A stretch of 64,000 nucleotides of DNA from Candidatus Moraniibacteriota bacterium (GTDB lineage: Bacteria; Patescibacteriota; Minisyncoccia; Moranbacterales; UBA1568), in the NCBI GenBank assembly GCA_013334575.1, contig JAAXXG010000001.1, forward strand, positions 208,315-272,314, in the 5' to 3' direction. The notes under the pieces were generated by a model. The model had not been told where the DNA came from. It searched no databases and saw nothing but the letters and a program-made list of their open reading frames with translations. Made by a program: the position numbers and the translations under genes. Each line of letters opens with the position of its first letter. The stretch's first letter is position 1. Below, piece after piece: positions 39,019 to 48,669 of the stretch.

Positions 39019-39903
39019 TCAGACGGACAGGCTCTTGAGGTATCCCCGAAGCTTCTCGCCGACTTCCGGATGCTTCAGGCCCAAGTGAATGGTCGCCTTG
39101 AGGAAATTGAACTTGTCACCCGTATCAAGCCACTCTCCCTCGAGCATATGCGCGTGAAGAGGCGACCCCTTCTCGAGCATGAGGTCGAAGGCGTCCGCAA
39201 GCCTGATCTCTCCGGACTTTCCAGACTCCATCCGTGCAAGAATATCGAACACTTCACGGGTAATGACGTACTTTCCCACCGCAACCGCGCGACTCGGTGC
39301 CTCTTCCGGCCTCGGTTTCTCGACCATCCTTGTCACGCGCATATCCAGGTCGGCGACCATGTCTCCGGCGACCACTCCGAACTTGGAAACCTCGTCAAGC
39401 GACACTTCCGCGGCGCCGATGACCGGCGTCCGATAGCGCTCGTACGTCTCGATGATCTGCCGCGCGGCCGGAATCTCGCTATCGTAGATACAGTCTCCGA
39501 AGAAAACCAGCACCGGTTCGTCATCATCGACAAGATGCGCCGCCTGCAAGAGCGCATGCCCGTCGCCGAGCGGCTTCGACTGGCGGACGTACGAGAACTT
39601 CGCGAGTCCCGAGATATGCTGAACCTGCTCCAGCAGGTCGTGCTTGTTCTTCTCGACGAGCGTATCCTCAAGCTCGTACGAAACGTCAAAGTGATCCTCG
39701 ATGGCGCGCTTCCCGCGGCCGGTCACGAAGATGATCTCCTGGATGCCGGAGGCGACCGCCTCTTCGGCAAGATATTGTACGACCGGCTTGTCGACGACCG
39801 GCAGCATCTCCTTCGGCTGCGCCTTGGTCGCCGGAAGGAACCGGGTCCCGAATCCCGCAACGAGAAACACCGCCTTCTTGATCTTCATGGGTTCCCTGCT
39901 CAT
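39019..39903 (-). CDS. galU: UTP--glucose-1-phosphate uridylyltransferase
   Basis: KAVFLVAGFGTRFLPATKAQPKEMLPVVDKP canonical GalU N-terminus. Confidence 0.9.
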   Translation of the reverse strand: MSREPMKIKKAVFLVAGFGTRFLPATKAQPKEMLPVVDKPVVQYLAEEAVASGIQEIIFVTGRGKRAIEDHFDVSYELEDTLVEKNKHDLLEQVQHISGLAKFSYVRQSKPLGDGHALLQAAHLVDDDEPVLVFFGDCIYDSEIPAARQIIETYERYRTPVIGAAEVSLDEVSKFGVVAGDMVADLDMRVTRMVEKPRPEEAPSRAVAVGKYVITREVFDILARMESGKSGEIRLADAFDLMLEKGSPLHAHMLEGEWLDTGDKFNFLKATIHLGLKHPEVGEKLRGYLKSLSV

Positions 39904-39970
39904 ATCGAAACATCACTGCTTATGGGATATCGACAACAGTATAACACCCGGCGAACAGCCACGGAAACCG

Positions 39971-40768
39971 CTACTTCTGAAGGGAAACCAGCCGCTTGTA
40001 CTCGGCATCGAACTCCGAGATAGCGTCGTTCACGATCGGATGGAAACGACTCCCGAAACCCTTCTCCTTCACATACACGGACGCCTCGAGGAGCGAATCG
40101 TGCGTCCCCGCATCGAAATAGGCTCCGGAGATGCTTCGGACATCGAGTTCTCCGCGATCAAGATACGCGCGATGCATATCGACGATCTCGAGCTCTCCGC
40201 GTTCCGAACGCGACAGTCCCCGGGCGATTTCCGACGCACGACCGTCGTAGACGTAGATACCGGGAATAGCGAAGCGGCTTTTCGGGACAGACGGCTTCTC
40301 CTCGATCGAGAGAACCTTCCCGGTCCCGTTCTCGAATTCGACCACGCCGTACCGCTCCGGATCCGGAACCTCCTTCGCGAAGATCCGTCCCCCGCCCGTG
40401 AAACTTCCGATCGCATCGGTGAAATCGTCCTCGAATATGTTGTCACCGAGGATAAGTGTCGACGCCCCCCCGTCGAGAAAGTCCTCCCCGAGGATGAATG
40501 CCTCCGGCAATCCGCCTGGCCGCTTCTGGACGACGAAGGATATGTTTATCCCGCGACCCGAGAACATCGATCCGAGCAGGTTGAGATAGCTTCCGGAATA
40601 CTCCGGCGGAACGATGATAAGGATATCCCGGATCCCCGCCTTGATGAGCGTATTGAGCGGATAGAAAATCATCGGGCGATCGTAGACCGGCAGAAGCTGC
40701 TTCACGAGGACCGCCGTGAGCGGCAGGAGCCGCGTGCCGGTCCCGCCGGCAAGGATAATGCCTTTCAT
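39971..40768 (-). CDS. rmlA: Glucose-1-phosphate thymidylyltransferase
   Basis: MKGIILAGGTGTRLLPLT...QLLPVYDRPMIFYPL RmlA motifs. Start at internal Met of the ORF-track entry. Confidence 0.9.
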   Translation of the reverse strand: MKGIILAGGTGTRLLPLTAVLVKQLLPVYDRPMIFYPLNTLIKAGIRDILIIVPPEYSGSYLNLLGSMFSGRGINISFVVQKRPGGLPEAFILGEDFLDGGASTLILGDNIFEDDFTDAIGSFTGGGRIFAKEVPDPERYGVVEFENGTGKVLSIEEKPSVPKSRFAIPGIYVYDGRASEIARGLSRSERGELEIVDMHRAYLDRGELDVRSISGAYFDAGTHDSLLEASVYVKEKGFGSRFHPIVNDAISEFDAEYKRLVSLQK

Positions 40769-40815
40769 GAGTGTTGAGTTAGGAATCACAGATGGCCGAA
40801 GAGACGAAAAGACGC

Positions 40816-42060
40816 CTAACGGTAGATCGGAAATGCCTTGCAAAGCGCTTTCACCTCGCGACGGATCGCGGAAAGCTCGCGTTTCCTGCCTCCGCTCCGG
40901 AGCGCCCGGTCTATCCACAGGACGATCTGTCGCATCTCGGCCTCCTTCATGCCGCGGGTCGTCGCGGCCGGAACGCCGATGCGGACGCCGGAGGGATCCA
41001 TCGGGCCCCGCGGATCGTCCGGCAGCACGTTCTTGTTAAGCGTGATACCGGCAGCATCGAGCCATTCCTGCGCGTCACGACCGGACACGCCGCGACTCTT
41101 CACGGTATCGATGAGCAGCATATGGTTCTCGGTCGTCCCGAAGACGATCGAATAGCCGAGCGAGACGAACTCCGACTCCATCGCCTTGGCGTTCCGGAGG
41201 ATCTGCGCGGCATACTCGCGGAATTCCGGCCGAAGCGCCTCGCCGAACGCGACCGCCTTCGCGAGCACCATATGCATATGCGGACCGCCCTGCACGCCCG
41301 GGAAGACCGCCTTGTCGACCGCCCTCGCGAACGCCTCCTTGCAGAGGATAAGCCCGCCGCGCGGCCCGCGGAGCGTCTTATGCGTCGTCGCCGTCACGAT
41401 ATCGAAATGCGGGACCGGATTCGGAAGCGCCCCGCCGGCTATCATGCCGGCGATATGAGCCATATCCATCATCGTCACCGCGCCGACCTTGGCGGCGATC
41501 GCCGCGAACCGGGCATAGTCGATTTGCCTGGTATACGAGGAGAATCCCGCGAGCATGAGCCTCGGCTTCTCGGAGAGCGCGAGTGCCTCGAGTTTCTCGT
41601 AGTCGATCGCGCCATCGGCCTCGGTCTTGTAGCGCACGAACCGGTAGACTTTGGCCGGAAGCGTGACCGGATGTCCGTGGGTCAGATGGCCGCCGTGCGA
41701 AAGGTCCATGCCGAGGACCGTGTCACCGGGCGCAAGCACGGAGACGTACGCCGCGAGATTCGCCGCCGCGCCGGAAAGCGGCTGCACGTTGGCATGTTCC
41801 GCACCGAAGAGCTCTTTCGCCCGATCGATCGCGAGCGTCTCGATCACGTCGGTGAAGTCCTGCCCTCCATAGTATCGGTTCCCGGGATATCCTTCCGAAT
41901 ACTTGTTCGTGAAGACGGAACCGAGCGCGTCGAGCACCGCCGGTGAGACGGTGTTCTCCGAGGCGATGAGTTCGAGTCCCTCTTCCTCACGCTTCATCTC
42001 CCCCTTGAGTGCGGCGAAGGCCTGCGGATCGGATTCCCTGAGCGAACGATAGGCATTCAT
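40816..42060 (-). CDS. glyA: Serine hydroxymethyltransferase
   Basis: Canonical SHMT motifs (ELIASENTVSPAV, VTTTTHKTLRGPRGG). Confidence 0.95.
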   Translation of the reverse strand: MNAYRSLRESDPQAFAALKGEMKREEEGLELIASENTVSPAVLDALGSVFTNKYSEGYPGNRYYGGQDFTDVIETLAIDRAKELFGAEHANVQPLSGAAANLAAYVSVLAPGDTVLGMDLSHGGHLTHGHPVTLPAKVYRFVRYKTEADGAIDYEKLEALALSEKPRLMLAGFSSYTRQIDYARFAAIAAKVGAVTMMDMAHIAGMIAGGALPNPVPHFDIVTATTHKTLRGPRGGLILCKEAFARAVDKAVFPGVQGGPHMHMVLAKAVAFGEALRPEFREYAAQILRNAKAMESEFVSLGYSIVFGTTENHMLLIDTVKSRGVSGRDAQEWLDAAGITLNKNVLPDDPRGPMDPSGVRIGVPAATTRGMKEAEMRQIVLWIDRALRSGGRKRELSAIRREVKALCKAFPIYR

Positions 42061-42087
42061 GGCGGTGTCGTTAGGATAAGGATTGAA

Positions 42088-43038
42088 TTAGTCGAGCGGA
42101 CAGGAGTGGACAGGCGCCATAGGCGGCACCGACCGGAGCGAGCGACGGAAGAAGTATCCGACGACCGCGACCGTCGAGAGCGGTGCGAACCATTCCGGGA
42201 TATGCGCTCCGAACGCGTGTCCGATCATGACCGCGCCGAGAATCGCGATCGAATACATCGCCCCGTTCTTGAGATAGAGATAGCGCTTCACCCGATCGAT
42301 GTTCGCCACCGTAAGCTGTCGCACCACGACCGCTCCGATACCGTTGCCGATCAGGATAAGCGGCACCGAGAGCGTGAACGCGAACGCGCCGAGCACGCCG
42401 TCGATCGAGAACGACAGGTCGATCACCTCGAGGAACAGAACCTTGGCGATATCCGAAAGGCCGGACGCGGAACCGGCCATCCGTTCCTCGACCGCCTCTG
42501 CGTGCTGCCGGAACCCGTGCGTGATGAAGAAGGCCGTCGAACCGACCACCGCGCCGAACCCGAGCATCGAGCTCTCCTTGAGCGCGAACCAGACGACGAC
42601 GGACAGGAGGATCGAGATCGTCGCATAGAACCACGCACCCTGCCGGATGAAGAAGGTTTCCACGCCGTTCCAGCCGAAGTTCTTCTGTTCCAGGAACAGC
42701 CAGTGGAAGAAGAGGAAGAGAAGGAATACGCCGCCGCCGATAAGCAGGATCGGCGCGCTCGCCTCGATCGCATGCGCCACCGACGGATCGTTCGAGAAGG
42801 TCGCCGTGAAGGAACCCAGGAATCCCAGCTCCGGAACCGTCGCCCACACGATGAGCCACGGAAGGAGTCCGCGGACCACGAAGACCGCGATGAAGATTCC
42901 CCAGGTCAGGAAGAAGCGCCGCGCCTTCTTCCCCATGGTCGAAAGCACCTCGGCATTGATGACCGCGTTGTCGATGCTCGAGACCGCCTCGAAGAGCGCG
43001 AGTCCGAAGACGGTCAGGAGCGAAGAAAGGAAAACCAT
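42088..43038 (-). CDS. DUF475-family integral membrane protein
   Basis: N-terminus LALFEAVSSIDNAVINAEVL resembles the DUF475 family. Multiple TM helices. Confidence 0.55.
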   Translation of the reverse strand: MVFLSSLLTVFGLALFEAVSSIDNAVINAEVLSTMGKKARRFFLTWGIFIAVFVVRGLLPWLIVWATVPELGFLGSFTATFSNDPSVAHAIEASAPILLIGGGVFLLFLFFHWLFLEQKNFGWNGVETFFIRQGAWFYATISILLSVVVWFALKESSMLGFGAVVGSTAFFITHGFRQHAEAVEERMAGSASGLSDIAKVLFLEVIDLSFSIDGVLGAFAFTLSVPLILIGNGIGAVVVRQLTVANIDRVKRYLYLKNGAMYSIAILGAVMIGHAFGAHIPEWFAPLSTVAVVGYFFRRSLRSVPPMAPVHSCPLD

Positions 43039-43059
43039 ACCGGTATTGTATATTCTTCT

Positions 43060-43926
43060 TTAGCCGATCTTTCCGGAAAACGCCGCGAGCGCCTCGCGCA
43101 GACTCCGAAGCCGGGGCCGCTTCGTATTACGAAGCGTCGAATCCTTCGGCCGCCGAGCCGGGCGCGGAAACGCGTCACCGGAAACGGGAGTAACCGGCGT
43201 GTCGATTCCCGCGACGTCGAAATACGTCCGGAGCGCTCCGTACCAGGTCGCCGCCCCCTCGTTCACGAGATGATACGTCCCGAACGGCGCTTCGTCGGAA
43301 ACGAGTGAGAGCGTCGCGTCTGCGAGGTCCGGCGCATAGGTGAAGCAGCCGTTCTCGTCGTCCACCGCCGAGACCGTCCCCTTCTCGTGCGCGACCGTCG
43401 CCATCTTCGCGAAGAAACTTTCCTTGCCGCCCGCCGAGATCGCCGGCTTTCCGAAGAGCTTCGACAGCCGGATCACGTACGACTTCCCGCCGACTTCGGC
43501 GACCGACCGTTCCCCGCCCAATTTGCTCCTGCCGTAGACCGAAAGCGGATTCGGATCCGCATCCTCCGCATAGCCGCCGGTTTCCTGCTCCCCGTCGAAG
43601 ACATAATCCGTCGAATAGTGGACGAGTATCGCACCGAGCCCATTCGCGACCGCGGCAAGCTCTCCGGGAACCTCGGCATTGAGACGCCATGCCTTCTTCG
43701 CCTCCGCCTCATCCGATTCGCAGAGATCGACGGCGTTATACGCGACGGCGTTGAGAATGACATCCGGAGACAACATCAGGATCCTCTCCCGCGCCGCCAC
43801 GGTATCCGTCACATCGATATCGCCGAAGTCCCATCCGGTCACCGCATATCCTCCCTCTGCAAAGACACGGACCAGTTCCTGTCCGAGCATTCCCTTCGAA
43901 CCCAATATGAGGACTTTCTTTTCCAT
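43060..43926 (-). CDS. rmlD: dTDP-4-dehydrorhamnose reductase
   Basis: MEKKVLILGSKGMLG Rossmann start. YSTDYVF and SVYGRSKLGGE catalytic YxxxK region typical of RmlD. Confidence 0.9.
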   Translation of the reverse strand: MEKKVLILGSKGMLGQELVRVFAEGGYAVTGWDFGDIDVTDTVAARERILMLSPDVILNAVAYNAVDLCESDEAEAKKAWRLNAEVPGELAAVANGLGAILVHYSTDYVFDGEQETGGYAEDADPNPLSVYGRSKLGGERSVAEVGGKSYVIRLSKLFGKPAISAGGKESFFAKMATVAHEKGTVSAVDDENGCFTYAPDLADATLSLVSDEAPFGTYHLVNEGAATWYGALRTYFDVAGIDTPVTPVSGDAFPRPARRPKDSTLRNTKRPRLRSLREALAAFSGKIG

Positions 43927-43941
43927 ACGTCGATTTCGGAT

Positions 43942-44490
43942 TCAGTGTTCATTCGCTCTTAACCATCGTTCATAGAAAGCGAGCGGGGAAAGAGAAAAAT
44001 TCGTCAGTTCGGATCCGAAAGAAAGGTTCCTCACTTCATCAAGCGAAACAGATTTCAGCCGAATATCCTCTGAACCATCCGGTGAGGCAACTCCCTCGCG
44101 GAGTCCTTGTGCTAAAAAGACAAAGGCTTCCTGGCCCATTATTCCAGCCTGCATGAAATACGCCCCAAGCAACTCCCATTTCTCCGCATCATATCCCGTC
44201 TCTTCACGAAGCTCCCTCTTCGCCGCCTCGAGGACTTCTTCGCCGACATCCGCCGCTCCGGCAGGAAATTCGTAGAGATACTTCCCGACTGGATACCGCG
44301 ATTGGCCAACGAGAACGATATTCCCCTCTAAATCGACCGGAATAATGACAACCGCCGGTGTCGGAAGGGAAACGACAAAATAGTCACCAGGCTTTCCGTC
44401 CGGACGGACAACGGAATCCTTCCGGACCGAAAACCACGGGTTCTCGTGCACTAATTCGGTATGTTTTGTTATCCACTCGAAGGGTTCATC
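43942..44490 (-). CDS. NUDIX hydrolase (ADP-ribose/NDP-sugar pyrophosphatase-like)
   Basis: Nudix box PAGAADVGEEVLEAAKRELREETG. Embedded between rmlB and rmlD. Confidence 0.75.
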   Translation of the reverse strand, partial: DEPFEWITKHTELVHENPWFSVRKDSVVRPDGKPGDYFVVSLPTPAVVIIPVDLEGNIVLVGQSRYPVGKYLYEFPAGAADVGEEVLEAAKRELREETGYDAEKWELLGAYFMQAGIMGQEAFVFLAQGLREGVASPDGSEDIRLKSVSLDEVRNLSFGSELTNFSLSPLAFYERWLRANEH

Positions 44491-44531
44491 CATATTCGGA
44501 AGATCATTCGGATCATACACCGGGCCGTTCT

Positions 44532-45533
44532 CTATTTCCCGTACTGCCTCCCGTAGTACTCGCGGTACGCGCCGCTCTTCACCGACTTCCACCAATCCTC
44601 GTGCGTCCGGAACCATTCTACGGTATCCCGGAGCCCCTCCTCGAGCGTGACCGACGGCTCCCAGCCGAGCTCGGTCCTGATCTTCGAGAAGTCGATCGCG
44701 TAGCGGCGGTCGTGCCCGGGACGGTCCTTCACGTATTCTATCGCGCCCTCGTCCCGCCCCACATGGGAAAGCAGTGTCCGGACGATCTCGATGTTCTCGC
44801 GTTCTCCGTTCCCGCCGACGCAGTAGGTTTCGCCGATCCGACCCCTGCGCAGCACGAGGTCGACCGCGCGGCAGTGATCCTCCACATGGAGCCAGTCACG
44901 GACCTGCTTCCCGTCGCCATAGACCGGAACCTTCTTGCCTTCAAGCAGGTTCGTGATCGCAAGCGGAATGAGCTTCTCGGGAAAATGATACGGTCCGTAA
45001 TTGTTCGAGCAGTTCGTGATCGTGACCGGCAGGCCGAACGTATGGAAGTACGCACGGACCAGATGATCCGACCCCGCCTTGGACGCGCTGTAGGGGCTCC
45101 GCGGATCGTACGGCGTCGTCTCGGAGAACGGCACATCGTCGGGCCCGAGCGCGCCGAACACTTCATCGGTCGAAACATGATGGAAGCGCCTCCCGTGCTC
45201 ACGTGCCGCATCGAGGAGCACCTGCGTCCCGAGGACGTTCGTCCGCACGAACGCCGAGGGCTCCATGATCGAACGGTCCACGTGCGACTCCGCCGCAAAA
45301 TGCACGACCGCGTCACATTCCGCGACAAGCGGCTTCACGGCCTCCGGATCGGCAATGTCTCCCTTTACGAACCGGAATCGCGGATTTCCTTCGGCTTCCC
45401 TCAGGTTCTCCAGATTCCCGGCATACGTCAGCAGGTCGAACACCACGACCTCGTCCTCGGGATGTTCCCGCAGGACATGATGCACGAAATTCGATCCGAT
45501 GAATCCGGCTCCGCCGGTGACAAGCAGTTTCAT
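44532..45533 (-). CDS. rmlB: dTDP-glucose 4,6-dehydratase
   Basis: [28 protein letters not shown] (YxxxK). RmlB length and motif order. Confidence 0.95.
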   Translation of the reverse strand: MKLLVTGGAGFIGSNFVHHVLREHPEDEVVVFDLLTYAGNLENLREAEGNPRFRFVKGDIADPEAVKPLVAECDAVVHFAAESHVDRSIMEPSAFVRTNVLGTQVLLDAAREHGRRFHHVSTDEVFGALGPDDVPFSETTPYDPRSPYSASKAGSDHLVRAYFHTFGLPVTITNCSNNYGPYHFPEKLIPLAITNLLEGKKVPVYGDGKQVRDWLHVEDHCRAVDLVLRRGRIGETYCVGGNGERENIEIVRTLLSHVGRDEGAIEYVKDRPGHDRRYAIDFSKIRTELGWEPSVTLEEGLRDTVEWFRTHEDWWKSVKSGAYREYYGRQYGK

Positions 45534-45769
45534 ATGGCTCCAATGGATAACTAACCCGCGGCATCTTCGTGCGCTGACCCGCTCTCGAAGACGAGTGGGC
45601 AACTTACAATAGCTCAGGATCGGTCCTTTCAGGACTTTTCATTCACTCACAGTATACATGACACGCATATCATATTAAAGAAGACAGGAAAACGTATGAA
45701 AGATACGAAAGAGAAAAGAGAGAGTCAGAAAGCACATTCCACCTTATTATATTACCCCTTTTCGCGGTA

Positions 45770-45798
45770 TTGACATTATTATTTTTTTGATATATAAT
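45770..45798 (+). promoter_or_regulatory. Consensus sigma70 promoter TTGACA-17-TATAAT (cassette 1)
   Basis: Exact hexamers 45770-45775 and 45793-45798 in AT-rich DNA. About 45 nt upstream of the lipoprotein ORF. Confidence 0.55.
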
Positions 45799-45842
45799 AT
45801 TCATAATAATTTCTAGTAACAACAAACGAAAAAACAGCGATC

Positions 45843-46091
45843 ATGAAACAGCTCGTTTCCATTCTTTCAATTCTCTTCCTGGTCGGCTGCAGCCAAAACC
45901 AGGAAAGCAAGTACTCCCGTGGAGAAACGGCGGTTGACACGACCGTGGCGGCCTCAAACCAACACGGCTCTACCTCCGCTTCGGTACGGGCAAAAGCGCC
46001 AGAGGGATATCATATCGACTACAAGATCGAAGTGGAGAGTGGGCCGGGATATTCCAGCTCCTCTTCGGAGGTATTCATACGGAGCAAATAG
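45843..46091 (+). CDS. Small lipoprotein (82 aa), hypothetical
   Basis: Signal peptide with lipobox LFLVGC. Ser-rich mature part. Own promoter and terminator. Confidence 0.5.
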   Translation: MKQLVSILSILFLVGCSQNQESKYSRGETAVDTTVAASNQHGSTSASVRAKAPEGYHIDYKIEVESGPGYSSSSSEVFIRSK

Positions 46092-46118
46092 CTGTCCGTG
46101 TACGGCATCAAGATTAAA

Positions 46119-46153
46119 CAGCACTCGATTCATCCGAATACGAGTGCTCTTTT

Positions 46154-46157
<4 letters not shown>
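46119..46157 (+). terminator. Rho-independent terminator after lipoprotein gene
   Basis: cagcactcg...cgagtgct hairpin followed by cttttttatt. Confidence 0.65.
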
Positions 46158-46701
<544 letters not shown>

Positions 46702-46775
46702 TCAATCATATTCCGAAGAATCGCCCGTTTAAAATCATTATTTTCCCTTATTTACGATAATATTACCGCCTACTA

Positions 46776-46804
46776 TTGACAAAAGCTTAAAAATGGAGTA
46801 TCAT
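46776..46804 (+). promoter_or_regulatory. sigma70 promoter TTGACA-17-TATCAT (cassette 2)
   Basis: Hexamers at 46776-46781 and 46799-46804, upstream of the small TM ORF. Confidence 0.5.
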
Positions 46805-46847
46805 AGAAAGTTGATTTGAATATTACTAACAAAAATAGAAGCCATCA

Positions 46848-47003
46848 ATGTACTATAACATCGAAGTTACCGGCTCGAAGGTCGCGATGTATGTGCTGAC
46901 CTTCATTATGCTCATCGGCAGTTTCGCCGTCGGGCCAAAAATTATCCCGGAGACGGTCTACTATGCGACCGCTCCGGAAATCGTCGTCACGGCCACCAAA
47001 TAG
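46848..47003 (+). CDS. 51-aa single-TM peptide (MYYNIEVTGSKVAMYVLTFIMLIGSFAVGPKIIPETVYYATAPEIVVTATK), hypothetical
   Basis: Hand-translated ORF below the ORF-track cutoff. Own promoter upstream and hairpin plus T-run (47025-47058) downstream. Confidence 0.35.
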   Translation: MYYNIEVTGSKVAMYVLTFIMLIGSFAVGPKIIPETVYYATAPEIVVTATK

Positions 47004-47046
47004 CCGTGCGACGGCAAAAAGTTTCGGTCTCACGCGCCCCCATGCG

Positions 47047-47140
47047 TGCGGCCGATTTTTTTATTTCCCGAACTTCAGCTCCTCCCAACAGGCCGGGTCG
47101 GATTCAAGCGCGGCGAGCGTCGGATGGTTCCGGTCCTTAT
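47047..47140 (-). repeat. Third copy of rmlC 3' end (about 90 bp, 2 mismatches vs 48662-48735), fused downstream of SDR gene
   Basis: cccgaacttcagctcctcccaacaggccgggtcggattcaagcgcggcgagcgtcggatggttccggtcctta is nearly identical to the genuine rmlC terminus. It encodes KDRNHPTLAALESDPACWEELKFGK* right after the SDR stop codon. Confidence 0.8.
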
Positions 47141-47946
47141 TCAGACTCTGCTTCGATGTTCTCTTCCGAGATCGTAACGACCTCACACTGACCGATCGGC
47201 ATGTTGTACTCCCCCGTTTCGGCATCGAATTTCATTCCGGAAAGCGCCATCTTCGATACGATCCGTCCGACAATCTCAGGATCCCTCAAGGCACCCTCTT
47301 GAATGATCTGCGCAGTACGTTTCCTTACGGCACCGCTTCCATGCTCCAAGATGTCCTTGTGCATCCGTGTATCACAAGATCCCGGTATGACCGAAAAAAT
47401 AGCGATTCCTTCATTCTCAGGTCGTTCGGAAAATTCTTGCAGCCATTCTTCTATCCGTTTCTTGGAAACTCCATACGATTCCACCCCTTCAATATTCTTT
47501 GCGGACGAGGACAAAAAGACAACTCGCCCATGAGTTCTTCTCAAAGCCTCTGACGCCTCTCGCGTCATGGCAACCTGCGCCACCTGGTTAACCTTGAACG
47601 TATAATCCAGGCCTTCTGTTATACCTGTCACTGCTGCGTTTAAAATAAGCACGTCGAGACCTTCAAGCTCATCGATACTTTCACGTACGAACCCTGACGC
47701 CGCACGGCGATCCGAGAGATCAACCTGACGAGCGATAACATCTTCGTGCTCGCCAGAAAATTCGACCAGCTTATCTTTGGTCCTCGCACAAATAGCCATC
47801 TCATGTCCATCCGAAGACAATTCCTCGGAAATCGCCCGGCCAATTCCTTCCGTTCCGCCAGTAATGATAATTCGCTTCCGCTCGATTTCATTCGTCACAC
47901 GATTGGGTGCGTACTTTTCTGCAAGGTTCCCGAACATACGCGTCAA
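47137..47946 (-). CDS. SDR-family short-chain dehydrogenase/reductase with non-SDR C-terminal tail derived from rmlC
   Basis: TGGTEGIGRAI Rossmann motif and NAAV...YGVSK (YxxxK). Lower GC than flanking core genes. Last about 20 codons (MPIGQCEVVTISE...) align in frame to rmlC DWPIREGLTISD at the DNA level. Confidence 0.85.
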   Translation of the reverse strand: MTRMFGNLAEKYAPNRVTNEIERKRIIITGGTEGIGRAISEELSSDGHEMAICARTKDKLVEFSGEHEDVIARQVDLSDRRAASGFVRESIDELEGLDVLILNAAVTGITEGLDYTFKVNQVAQVAMTREASEALRRTHGRVVFLSSSAKNIEGVESYGVSKKRIEEWLQEFSERPENEGIAIFSVIPGSCDTRMHKDILEHGSGAVRKRTAQIIQEGALRDPEIVGRIVSKMALSGMKFDAETGEYNMPIGQCEVVTISEENIEAESE

Positions 47947-48127
47947 TTACATTCCCTTATATTCAGTATACACGAGTGATAAATCGACGTGAAACACGAG
48001 TTCGGAAGATAGCGTCCATGTCGATCCAAATCGGAACATCCCGACAATGCATGACTTTCTTCCTGCTAATAGCATTCCGGAAAACCTCAATATTCGGCTC
48101 TGTTAAAGGACTTTACGGTTTGGAACA

Positions 48128-48156
48128 TTGACATGGATTATAAATTAAACCATAAT
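48128..48156 (+). promoter_or_regulatory. sigma70 promoter TTGACA-17-CATAAT (cassette 3)
   Basis: Hexamers 48128-48133 and 48151-48156, upstream of the secreted protein ORF. Confidence 0.5.
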
Positions 48157-48206
48157 GCATAGTCAGTATCAGACGATTGACCGCTTAACAACCAAACCGC
48201 AAAACA

Positions 48207-48596
48207 ATGAAACACTCACCGTTCGCCCTGTCCAAGGCTTATGCCGCCGCAATTATCATGTTCATCTACCTGTTCATCCACCAGGGACCTGTCCACGCCG
48301 AAAGCATCGCGGGTATCAAGCCCAAGGTTTCGATCACCGCGGCATACAACCACTATGGGTTCGAGCCGATTCTGCACGTCGACTATCCAGGGCCATATGA
48401 GGTAAGTACCAGGGAGCTCAATTCAAATGTTGAAATCCGGTACATATGTAACGGGCCGACTGACATAAAGTTATTCTCGCCGGGAGATTTCACTTTTATC
48501 AAGGTGTACGCGCCGGACAAGAATCATAAGGAGACCCTGATCCTGAAGGGGAAAATCAGGAACGATGGTAACAAGACCGTCACGTTCGAGCGATGA
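48207..48596 (+). CDS. Small secreted protein (129 aa) with cleavable signal peptide, hypothetical
   Basis: Signal peptide AAIIMFIYLFIHQGPVHA|ES. Predicted beta-rich mature domain. Own promoter and terminator. Confidence 0.5.
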   Translation: MKHSPFALSKAYAAAIIMFIYLFIHQGPVHAESIAGIKPKVSITAAYNHYGFEPILHVDYPGPYEVSTRELNSNVEIRYICNGPTDIKLFSPGDFTFIKVYAPDKNHKETLILKGKIRNDGNKTVTFER

Positions 48597-48618
48597 TTCC
48601 TACCTCGCAACACACAAT

Positions 48619-48656
48619 AAGCGCTCCAATTCCAAACGGAGCGCTTCTTTATTTCC
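48619..48656 (+). terminator. Rho-independent terminator after secreted-protein gene (convergent with rmlC)
   Basis: aagcgctcc...ggagcgctt hairpin followed by ctttatttcc. Confidence 0.65.
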
Positions 48657-48669
48657 TTGATCGGACGTT

